A stretch of DNA of 64,000 nt from Naegleria gruberi (taxonomy: Eukaryota): assembly GCA_000004985.1 (NCBI GenBank), contig GG738887.1. One strand, given 5' to 3'. The stretch's first letter is position 1, and the number at the start of each line of letters is the position of its first letter. This document shows positions 54,792 through 64,000 of this stretch, piece by piece. A model generated the notes under the pieces. The model worked only from the letters and a program-made list of their open reading frames with translations. It had not been told where the DNA came from and searched no databases. The translations under genes were made by a program, and so were the position numbers.

Positions 54792-55729
54792 ATGCTTGAA
54801 GAAACATTTAAAAATCTCGTACTTTGGAAGAATTACATTTCGCAACAAGTAGTATCAAGCCAACCAGCTACTTTTATGAATAACAAAATTTATAAACCTT
54901 ACATTCAACCACTTTATACTGAACACATTGAAAAGAAAATATCACCCGAATTAATACACAATGCAAAAATTGCAGCTTGTACTTTATTACTTTACGGAAT
55001 CGGAAGAAGAATTTACAAATCAGGAGTATGTTTTAATTAACAATATTTGGAGTAAATTGGAATTTTAAATAGTTTATGAGGATTAAATCTAATGCCAAGC
55101 TAACGGAAAGGGATTTTTCAATTCAAAGAAAACTAATTGGAAGAGTACCACATGTTGGTGATAGTGATAATTTCAGAATTATTCATTTTCCACCATTTTT
55201 GAGTCCAATATATTCTCTTTTACCAATGCAGAAAAAGATGAAGCTTAGTGAGGAAACTATCCATGTGAGAATTGCTGGTATTGATGCTCCTGAATGTGCT
55301 CATTTTGGAATGCCAGGTTAGTAGTATTGGTATATTTTGAGATAATTTAATCCTTCTTCAGGTCAACCTTATGGAGAACATGTGAAAAAGTGGCTCACTG
55401 AATTTTTAAAGAATGAAAAAGTCAATGTCTACTTGTTGAGAAATGATCAGTATGGAAGAGCTGTTTGTTCTGTCTATGTCAGAAAATGGTGGTACTATTT
55501 ATGGTTGAAGAGATTGAATTTAAGTGAATACATGTTAAAGAAGGGATATGCAGTTTGTTACGAGGGTGAAGGTGAAGTTTATGTGGAAGGATCCAAAAAT
55601 AAGAACAAATCTTACAAAAATTATTACAAATCATTGGAAGAGAAGGCCAGGAAAGCTAAAAAGGGAATGTGGGCCAAAGCAAGTACAAGTGAATCACCAA
55701 GAGATTACAAGAGGAGAATGAAATCTTAA
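54792..55729 (+). CDS. Staphylococcal-nuclease-like (thermonuclease fold) protein with N-terminal membrane anchor, LCL3-like
   Basis: Exon model join(54792..55025,55073..55316,55362..55729), introns 55026..55072 (GTATGT...AAATAG) and 55317..55361 (GTTAGT...TTCAG). A TM segment (AKIAACTLLLYGIGRRIY) precedes the SNase motifs [40 protein letters not shown] and NLSEYMLKKGYAV…KARKAKKGMW. Confidence 0.7.
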
Positions 55730-55804
55730 TTTTATAATACAATATGTTTCAAAGAGTGTTGAGAACCATTTTCCATAGTTTTCTGTATATTCTATTTGAA
55801 TGAG

Positions 55805-56581
55805 TTATTTGAAAGCTTCATCAGGAATTAAAAAGTCTTTTGAACTCATCATTTCATACTTTTTGAGGAATCTTTGGAATCGTTCAGCCAAATGAGTCTT
55901 CTTTTCAAAGGCAGCAAATTGTTCTTGATGTACATAGTACGAGAATGCAAATATTCTGTAAATTCTTCTACATAAAATCCTAATTTCCTTCATTGACTTT
56001 TTGGAAATATCATTTCTTGATGGAAATAATTTTGTATCATTTAGCACTCCAGTAGATTGTGTATGAATATGGACCATATAGTCAATAGCAGGAACATTTT
56101 CCGGAGGAGTAAAAACTGGACACAAATACATTAATTCCTCACTCTCGTTAACATTGAGCATATTTGATGAAATTTTCATTTCTGGTTGTGTTTCTTTTGT
56201 ACAAACATCCTTGTGAGCAAGAATAAACAAATTGATCTCCAACAAAAATTGTCTCATATGTTCATATATCCAAACGTTTTTATCAATGGAAGCTGATGAT
56301 TGTTCTGATGATCCATTTTCATCTCCGTTTCCTTCATCATCAACCTTTCCGAATTTTGGAATGGAAATTAATCTTTTTACTTTTTTACAGCTTTTTCTAA
56401 TTTGTTTTTGTATAATTTCTTGAACAATAAACGGATTATCAAAATCCTCTTGCATTGTTGTATCGTCAGCGGATGATGATGATGATTTAGATTCCCAGCC
56501 AAAGAGTTCCTTCTTTTTAGTGCCGGGACGATTACGTCTACCACTAACAGCAGTTGTGATTCCGTTATTGTTGTTGCTCAT
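55805..56581 (-). CDS. MOB kinase activator family protein (MOB/phocein-like)
   Basis: 258-aa ORF. The MOB core is WIYEHMRQFLLEINLFILAHKDVCTKE…LMYLCPVFTPP…IDYMVHIHTQSTGVLNDTKLFPS…KEIRILCRRIYRIFAFSYYVHQEQFAAFEKKTHLAERFQRFL, with the same C/H spacing as the MOB1 zinc site. The N-terminus is N/S-rich. Confidence 0.65.
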   Translation of the reverse strand: MSNNNNGITTAVSGRRNRPGTKKKELFGWESKSSSSSADDTTMQEDFDNPFIVQEIIQKQIRKSCKKVKRLISIPKFGKVDDEGNGDENGSSEQSSASIDKNVWIYEHMRQFLLEINLFILAHKDVCTKETQPEMKISSNMLNVNESEELMYLCPVFTPPENVPAIDYMVHIHTQSTGVLNDTKLFPSRNDISKKSMKEIRILCRRIYRIFAFSYYVHQEQFAAFEKKTHLAERFQRFLKKYEMMSSKDFLIPDEAFK

Positions 56582-56752
56582 ATTTTTTGTTGTGATTGAT
56601 GAAATTCAAGTACGTCCTCATTATCATTAAGAATTAAAAAATCGCGCCAACCAATTTTTTCATCTCTCAAGCCTTAGCGTTTTACAGCTTGAGATAGAAA
56701 CTGAAAAAGAATTTTACGAAAGAAATGGACCTGATTTATTTAGATACTCAGG

Positions 56753-57448
56753 CTAGTATTCTTCAAAATCAAAACTTTCTTCTGGATAATCTCCCACATT
56801 GATATGATCTGGTCTAATAAAGATGCCGTGCTTTTGAGGGCAAGTGAAATATTTCTTCTTATTGACAGAACCATCATTGGTGCCGAGTGGTTCATCCAAT
56901 TGAACTCCCACCCAATAACCTTTATCAAATTGTACCTTTCCAACAAATTTAACTGTTCCTCTCATTTTCGATTCTTTCAATTCACATCTATTTTCCTTTT
57001 CAATTCCTTCTATTATTGAGGGCGAGCTATATTTTTCTTCTTCAGCAGAGAGTGGCTTTGTAGTTTTGGAAACAAATGGATCAATATTCTTTTTCTTCCA
57101 CTTTCTGAATGTATCATCTCTTTTATCATAATCTTCCTCACTAATCACATATTTTTCAACTTCCTCATCCTCATATGAAATCTTATTATTAGGATCAGTA
57201 TCAATGACGTGAATTCTCATTCTATCCCTCTGAATACCATATTCAAACAATGTCTTTCCGTCACTCAAACTGGATACTGTTGGTACTGTGTCTTCTTCCT
57301 TTGAAAATAATTGTAAATTCATAAATTGAGGTTCTGTTCCGACAATCGGATACAACTTTTTCTTCAACTCTTCCACTGTAATACCCTCATCAAATTGCTT
57401 TTCTGTTCTCAACTCCATTGTTGAGTGAGTGATAATTAACCAAACCAT
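56753..57448 (-). CDS. TBCB: Tubulin-folding cofactor B (ubiquitin-like domain plus CAP-Gly)
   Basis: 231 aa. The N-terminus VWLIITHSTMELRTEKQF matches human TBCB VTVFISSSLNTFRSEKRY. The C-terminal CAP-Gly is GTVKFVGKVQFDKGYWVGVQLDEPLGTNDGSVNKKKYFTCPQKHGIFIRP. Confidence 0.8.
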   Translation of the reverse strand: MVWLIITHSTMELRTEKQFDEGITVEELKKKLYPIVGTEPQFMNLQLFSKEEDTVPTVSSLSDGKTLFEYGIQRDRMRIHVIDTDPNNKISYEDEEVEKYVISEEDYDKRDDTFRKWKKKNIDPFVSKTTKPLSAEEEKYSSPSIIEGIEKENRCELKESKMRGTVKFVGKVQFDKGYWVGVQLDEPLGTNDGSVNKKKYFTCPQKHGIFIRPDHINVGDYPEESFDFEEY

Positions 57449-57766
57449 TTTTCTTTTGTTGTATTTCTTAAAGAATTGTGTTACCTAGATTGGGTGGTGT
57501 TATTTTTTTTAATCTTATTTTAAAATTAGATTTTTTAGAACAATGGCTGAATACAATATATTAAGAAAATTGGCGGGAACAAGATGTTCCTTACATACAA
57601 ATTTGAAAGCCATTTCGGTAATTCTTCTACCGAGGTGCTTACAATAAAAAAGTTTTCAAAATTAGTAACTTGTGAAATTACTCCTTGCCACAGTAAACTT
57701 AGCAATCATTGTCAATTTAAAATATCAGTTGAAGCTTTTTTCAGTTTGTTTACAAAATCAAAAAAA

Positions 57767-58942
57767 ATGTCTCAACAACTAATCTCGCTCCCAGCCAGTC
57801 AAACAAAATTCTCTTCCGATCTCTTTGGTGAATTGCTAACAACATTATCCGGTAACAATCTTGTATTTTCTCCCTTGTCTATTTTTATGGCTCTTTTAAT
57901 GACACTCGGAGGAGCTGATGGAGAAACGTTGACTGTGATGAAGAAGGCTCTTCATATTGCAATCAATAATACTGATATAAAGAGATGGAGAGAAAATACA
58001 ATGAAGGGATATGTGAAAGATACAATGTCTCTTGTCAAGAATAATCCTGATATGATTTCAATGGCTAATAGAATTTTCTTGGAACAATCGTCTATGATAT
58101 TGGAAGATTATAAGAGCTGGGTCGAAAATACTTTTGAAGTTTCTGTTCAATTGAGTAATTTTGTTGGAAATTCGAATGAAGAAAGGTTGAAAATCAATGA
58201 GTGGGTTGAAAAACAAACTAACAATCTGGTCAAAAACTTGTTGTCTAGTTCTAGTATTGATTCATCAACTGTGATTGTGTTGGTGAATTGTATATATTTC
58301 CTTGGAAAATGGAAAACCACTTTCAATGTGTCTGAAACTCTTTCAAATCAAGTTTTTAGAACAGTTAATGGAGACACTAATTCAGCAACATTAATGAATA
58401 TGCGAAATAAGCAAATATTATATGGAGAGAATTCACAAGTTAAATATGTTAATCTTCCTTATGAAAATCCTGGATATTCCATGTACTTTGTCATGTCCTC
58501 TGATGATGCTACCATTTCAGATAGCACGGAAAAAGAAACTGAGAAATGGCTGTCAGAACAATTGAAAAACAATTCCCTAAAACAAGTTCTTCCTACACTC
58601 GAGAAAAAACTCAATCATCTTACAATTCCAAAATTTGAAATTGAATATGACATCTCACTGAAAGATATCTTATCGAAACAACCATTTGATATGAGTGTTG
58701 CTTTTTCAGCACATTGTGATTTGAGTAACATGATTGGAAATTCTATTCAAATATCAGATGTAATTCACAAGTCAGTAATAAGAGTATCAGAGCAAGGAAC
58801 AGAAGCTGCAGCAGCCACTGCTGTTATTGGTACAAGGAAAAGCAAACCAAGAATTTACAACTTTGTGGCAGATAGACCATTTATTTTTGTGATAGCTCAC
58901 GAAGATACAATACTATTCATGGGAAAGGTCAATAAATTGTAA
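57767..58942 (+). CDS. Serpin (inhibitory type; reactive-centre loop P1 probably Lys)
   Basis: The start is taken at the ATG at 57767 (the track ORF begins further upstream at an alternative start). Serpin core blocks are present, including NRIFLEQ. The hinge is canonical: EQGTEAAAATAVIGTRK|S. The C-terminus is DRPFIFVIAHEDTILFMGKV. Confidence 0.85.
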   Translation: MSQQLISLPASQTKFSSDLFGELLTTLSGNNLVFSPLSIFMALLMTLGGADGETLTVMKKALHIAINNTDIKRWRENTMKGYVKDTMSLVKNNPDMISMANRIFLEQSSMILEDYKSWVENTFEVSVQLSNFVGNSNEERLKINEWVEKQTNNLVKNLLSSSSIDSSTVIVLVNCIYFLGKWKTTFNVSETLSNQVFRTVNGDTNSATLMNMRNKQILYGENSQVKYVNLPYENPGYSMYFVMSSDDATISDSTEKETEKWLSEQLKNNSLKQVLPTLEKKLNHLTIPKFEIEYDISLKDILSKQPFDMSVAFSAHCDLSNMIGNSIQISDVIHKSVIRVSEQGTEAAAATAVIGTRKSKPRIYNFVADRPFIFVIAHEDTILFMGKVNKL

Positions 58943-59052
58943 TGCTTCTACATTTAATAGTCATAAAAGTAAGCTTTTGATTTACATTTCACAAAAATAT
59001 TTACACAAATTTATTATTTTCAGATTTGATTCAATTTGATTCACACTGCTGC

Positions 59053-62000
59053 TTAATCAATTACAGTTCTTCTTTCAGCTGATCCAATTACAGTTTTTTG
59101 AACTGGCTTTGTAGTTGTGCTAACAGGAACATGAGTGGTTGATGTTGGAGTTGAGTGAAGAAGAGAGGATGAGCCACGGGAATATTCGCCTCCTTCTTGT
59201 GGCCAATCACCAATTTGTCCTTCAGTTGTTCCAGCAGTGTTAATTCCCATTCTACCAATAATTCCAGTCAACATTCCACCTTGCTCTCCTTGACCAGCCA
59301 TTACATTACCTTGAATGATAGTTTGTTCAATCAAGTCATTCAATCTTTCGATCAATTCTCTAATGTTGGTATTCAAGGCAGTTTCAAGATTGTCATGAAT
59401 CTTTCTTCTGACACGACTTTGAATGATTGGTGAAAGCATCTTGAGCATGAGTTTGTGCTTTTCAGCTTGCTTGAATTTGATATGGAGAGTGTCAACACCA
59501 ACTACAATTCCCTTAACATAGAATGGACGATTCTGACTTAATCTGGCCTTAAGCTTGAGTTTGATGTTAATACCACCTCTATCGAAATCAATATCCATTA
59601 AACCACGATCAGAAATTGATGGGAATGAACGACGATCGAATAAGAAACCAACATCCTTCAAGTGAGCAGTCATACCAAACAAGTGAGCTCCAATGAGGGT
59701 TGCACTTTCAGCCAATCTGTCAGTTGGTTTCAATTCTTCATATTTCATGGAGGTTCTATTCTTGACCTTGAATTTAACATCATCTGGGAGAATATCATTG
59801 GCCTTCAATGTAATATTGGAAATCTTAAAGTATTGACTTCCATCATCACCTTCAACCTCAATGGCATTCCAATTATTGATGGCTTCTTGAATGGCAACAA
59901 AGAGGATGGTTCTGATTTGTTCCAATGCAGATGGCTTCAATTGGAATTTACCTTGTTCATCAAGGAAGAGACGTGAAATTAACTTTTGACTTCTGTCACG
60001 AATTTCAGTATTCAATTCATCATTACGCATACTGGTTAATAATTCACGACCATAGGTAAGCATGTCATTAGTCAAGTCCATGTTCTTCTTCTCTTCAAGA
60101 ACAGTTCTACATTGCCACAATCTTTGTCTCAATTGTTCCTTTTCTTGATGAGATTCTAATAAAGTTGGTTGATTACCATATCTTCTGAAATCATTCATGA
60201 TATCTCTGAGAACTCCCTTCATTCTTTCATCAGTTCTCAAGTGAATAAAGAAAGCATTAGTAGTATCAAGCCACTTATCAAACATTTCCTTATTAGAGAA
60301 TTCATAAAGAATCAACTTGGCATAATTGAGTAAGCTCTTGAAATCATCATCTTCTCTCAATCTTTCAACTGTCTTGGTCTTTTCACCTCCTTGAGTGGCA
60401 GTATCACCAAACAAGCTCTTAACTTGATTAAACAAGTTGAACAATCCATAGAGAGCTCTTTGATAGTTTGGATCCTTGGAGAAACGTTTGTTCAATTGGA
60501 CATAACGATCAATGAGGGAATCTTCAATTTCTCTTCTGTTCTTATCATGGCTGACTGGTTCTTCTTGAGTGGATTGAGAACCAGAAATATTGGAAAGTCC
60601 AGATTTGATTGTAGGTTGTTGTTGACCAACCATTGATTGTTGAGGAACTTGTGGAATATTGGATTGGTATGGTTGACTAATTCCACTTTGGAAACCTTGT
60701 TGGGAGACATCAGATGGTTGCCATTGTTGTTGACCAAATTGTTGTTGTTCAGAAACTGGTCTAAATTGTTGAGCTTGGACATTGGATTGGAGAGATGGTT
60801 CTCTATATTGATCATCAACAATATTCTTATCAGAGAAATGACCAACTTGTCCAATTGACTGTTGGAAAGGAGCAATTCCTTGATGGGAGGTACCATAAAG
60901 TGAAGTTGGTTTCAACTCTTGACTAATACCAGAACTCAAAGGTTGTTGTTGACTGCTACCAATTCCAGAGTATCCAGAACTCAAAGGTTGTTGTTGAGAG
61001 AATTCTGGTTGTTGATAAGAAGGTTGACCAACCATTGATTGTTGAGGAATTTGTGGAATATTGGATTGTTGACCCATTCTTTGTTGACTAAGGTTTGGAT
61101 CAGTAACTCCAAATCCAGAATATTTTTCTTGAGATGGAACATTTCCAACACTTCCCATACCACTACCACTTGCGAAAGATGAGGAAGGTTGTTGCCATTG
61201 CTGACCTACCATTCCAGGTTGTTGACTAACCATTCCAGATTGACCAAATTGTTGACCATATTCTTGCTGTTGTTGCATTCTGGAGAATTCACCTGGTTCA
61301 CTAAGCTGTCCTTGATTTCTCTTCAATTCTTCTTCAGAGTGAACTTTTGAAGGGAGCAATGATTCTTCTTGCTTGTGTTGGAGATTGAGTGTTGCACCAC
61401 TGACAGAGGAAACTACTTCAGAGGTGGTTTCATGAACTGGTTCAGTCTTGCTACTCTCATCAGAAACACCCATTGATTTGATGCCACTTGCCAATTTGGA
61501 AATAATATTACCAGAGCCCTTCTCATCAATGTTGACTTCACCTGCAAGAATTTGCAAATATTGGAAGAATTCACCAATGGCCTCTCTGAAATCAGCACTT
61601 CTAATAAGTTGGAAGACAAAATCACGAAGACCAACAATGGATTGATAGACATCCCTGGTAGCTCCCTTCTGAGAAGTTTCGTATCCACCTTTTTTAAAAA
61701 ACATCATCCAACCATCTTGTTTTCAATGAACAAAATCATGAAAATACTTACGTTTCACACCATATCTGATATCTTCTCCAAATTCTGGAGCATACTTTTG
61801 AGAGAGATTTCTGAAACAAACGAGAAATTGTTGCATCTTCTCATCAGAGTTTCTATCTTCAATGATCAATCTGATCAGATCCAAGAGAATTAAGGTGTCT
61901 CTCTGGATTGTCTTACCTTCCCTTGTGAGGAGTGATTGACTGGAGAGAATGGATTGCTTGGCTTGTTCAATACCTACAAGAACAGCTTCATTGGATGGTG

Positions 62001-62163
62001 GAACTCCTTCACGAATTCCAGTTAATCCTTGGAATGCTGTTTCAGTTTGAGGATTTTGGAAGTGTACTTTGGTTTGACCAGGTAGAACAGGTTGAGTTTC
62101 AGTTGGAACGACACCTGGTTGACCAACAACGGTCGGTTGAGTAACTGGTTTATGTTCGACCAT
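59053..62163 (-). CDS. Large Q/S/G-rich protein (about 1025 aa) with conserved N- and C-terminal globular regions, unknown family
   Basis: Exon model complement(join(59053..61715,61752..62163)), intron 61716..61751 (GTAAGT...ACAAG, 36 nt, phase 1), joining …DIRYGVK|HGWMMFFKKGGYETSQKG…. The central roughly 350 aa are poly-Q/prion-like. The C-terminal roughly 450 aa are ordered (…FDRGGINIKLKLKARLSQNRPFYVKGIVVGVDTLHIKFKQAEKHKLMLKML…). Confidence 0.5.
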
Positions 62164-62503
62164 TTTTGAATGATGGATTAGTTTTCACACAGTATGCTTT
62201 TAGTATTGCTTGGTATGTACAAAAGTTGTTGAAAATAGCACTACGCTGAAGACACTATGAGAATTTTTGTTTTAATCTTTAAAAAATGCAAGATCTTTGA
62301 AGATTTTAAACTAATCGAACGAATTGACTATTAAGGAATCTGGAAACAGAAAAGGATTTAGCACGTATTTGGATAATTGGCAAAGTAGACAGTGTATTAA
62401 ACTGTATACTCCTCTAACATAATGTAAATGGTAATTGCTTTTACTAGGAAATGATTTAAAAGTACAATAAGTGATAGTATTACAGTGATTGAATCTTCAC
62501 ATA

Positions 62504-63682
62504 TTAGAAATAATCTACATTGATTTGTTGTAATGCCTTTACGTTTTGACCAACATTGGTAACGTTACTATTCATGAAATGAGATTCATCCTTGATAGCA
62601 TCCAAACGTTGCTTTTTCAGTGTCTTTCTAGGTGCTGCATAAAAGGTGTTGTAAAATTTATCCAAATTTCTGTTCACTTCCAAAATTGCTGCAACATTTC
62701 CACATCTATTACAATAATTAGGAGCTGACCAAATGGTTGACAATTTATCGTCCCATAAAACCTGATATCCATCCATACATAATTGATGTGAACGAACAAT
62801 GTGACTAATCTTATTGGTAGCACAAAATTCATTGGCAAATTTCTTTGAATAGACAAATCCAATACCACGTAAATTTAATTTGAAATCTCCAACATTTCCA
62901 TCTCTTTTATCTTCATCATCTTGACTTGGATCAGACCATAAAAGATCTGAAATTGGTCCCTCAGATGGAACATCTTTAAATCTTTCAAGAACTCTGATTT
63001 GATCAAGTGTTGCAATAGAAGGACTCAATCCTCCATGAACACAGAAAATTGAATCATCAATTAATGCACAAATTGTCAAATAATCAAACATGTCAGTGAA
63101 ATATTTCCAAACATTGGCATTACCATATTTTAGAATACATTCTTGATAAAATCCGTAAACTTGTGTAATTGGTCTTGATTCGTGATTTCCTAAATTTTTG
63201 TTATATTTTTCATCATTAAATTCGAAAGTAAATATTCGAAACCAAGCAAATCACATCACGATCATCATGAAATATATTTAAAATAATATTATTAACCATC
63301 ACATCACCATTTAACAAAACAACAACAAATACCACTACTACTAACCTCTCAACAATGTAATCCTCTCCGGATACCTCAATTTATAACAAGTCAATAGAGA
63401 AATAGTTTCCACCGATTGTGTTCCTCTATTCACATAATCACCCAGGAATAAATAATTGGTATCTGGAATTTTACCTCCCACTCTAAACATTTCCTTCAGA
63501 TCCAAGAATTGTCCATGAATATTACCAACAACACTGACCGGAGATTTCACTCGTTGAACGTTGGCTTCATCGATGAGAATTTCCTTGACTTTTTCACAGA
63601 TGAATTTTACTTCAAATTCTGATAAAAGACGACCTGCTTCGAGCTTTTCGATACATCTATTAACGTCCACAACTGATGACAT
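62504..63682 (-). CDS. Ser/Thr protein phosphatase catalytic subunit, PPP family, PP2A/PP4/PP6 clade
   Basis: Exon model complement(join(62504..63189,63346..63682)), intron 63190..63345 (GTTAGT...TTTAG, phase 1). Motifs present: GNIHGQF, GDYVNRG, GNHE(S), [48 protein letters not shown]. The C-terminus ends …DYF. An insertion of about 25 aa ([19 protein letters not shown]) follows LWSDP. Confidence 0.85.
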
Positions 63683-64000
63683 TTTTTTTAATTAAATATT
63701 AAATAAATTTGATGACAGATGACTTATGTTACAAGTAAAAAAAGTTGAATTGTTAAATTATTGATCTAGATCAGGTTTGGTTCCTTCAAATTATTAAGAA
63801 AAGTTCCAACAGAACAGAAAAATTCACATATTAATTGGTCAAGAATCGAAAAGACGACCCCAACTCGGAATTTAAAAAAAAATACAATGCAAAGCCTTCT
63901 TCTTAGTAGTTTCACTTGTTTCGCCTCACCGCTCAAACGACAATGAGCACCCGAAGAAGCACACTTCGGGAAGGTTCCACAATCAAATAATATAAAAATA

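Noticed and set aside
1-64000. Ciliate-type genetic code (TAA/TAG = Gln) suggested by AT richness, Q-rich proteins and tiny introns
   Set aside because: Highly conserved proteins terminate exactly at the expected C-termini on TAA, TGA or TAG: RPA70 and the PPP phosphatase on TAA, elongin C (…NYLEC) on TGA. Long ORFs of 1181 and 884 aa are uninterrupted. The standard code is in use.
1-64000. Giant-virus or prokaryotic origin (dense genes on both strands, AT-rich)
   Set aside because: Most recognisable genes carry phase-consistent GTAAGT…AG spliceosomal introns. The gene set (striatin, elongin C, TBCB, MOB, SPATA20) is eukaryotic cellular. No CRISPR array, operon structure or Shine-Dalgarno context is visible.

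Overview
This is an AT-rich, gene-dense eukaryotic nuclear contig, roughly two-thirds A+T by eye, with two runs of N (34840-34924 and 40167-40391) that mark it as a draft scaffold. It is not prokaryotic, and I see no CRISPR, rRNA, tRNA or transposon. Genes sit on both strands and are separated by short AT-rich spacers. Many carry very short spliceosomal introns of about 36-160 nt, with GTAAGT/GTATGT donors and (T)nAG acceptors. I reconstructed exon joins by hand where homology allowed; intron coordinates could be off by 1-2 nt. The standard genetic code is in use. TAA, TAG and TGA all terminate well-conserved proteins, so a ciliate code is excluded. The gene content and codon style suggest an amoebozoan, perhaps a dictyostelid-like social amoeba, but that is an inference. 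The ORF track sometimes starts ORFs at TTG/GTG, so several listed 'M' starts are internal exon positions. Confidently recognised genes: RPA70 (5'-truncated at the window edge), a protein prenyltransferase alpha subunit, striatin, a C2-domain Ser/Thr kinase, an amidase-signature (FAAH-like) enzyme, a microbial-type terpene synthase, a SPATA20/DUF255 thioredoxin-like protein, a METTL25-like methyltransferase, a receptor-type TKL kinase with Pmp-like beta-helix repeats, a GT54 (GnT-IV-like) glycosyltransferase, elongin C, an LCL3-like SNase, a MOB-family protein, tubulin cofactor B, a serpin and a PP2A-family phosphatase catalytic subunit. Notable observations: (1) three STRIPAK-type components (striatin, MOB, PPP catalytic subunit) lie in one 64-kb window; (2) a bacterial-style sensor architecture (ectodomain, TM, coiled coil, PAS) is fused to an RGS output and sits next to a terpene synthase and a FAAH-like amidase; (3) a stand-alone Rnl-type ATP-dependent RNA ligase lies next to a membrane-anchored metallophosphoesterase; (4) at least four long genes are broken by frame changes that no canonical intron explains; (5) a possible Pol III ncRNA runs into the window end. 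Many remaining ORFs are lineage-specific hypothetical proteins.
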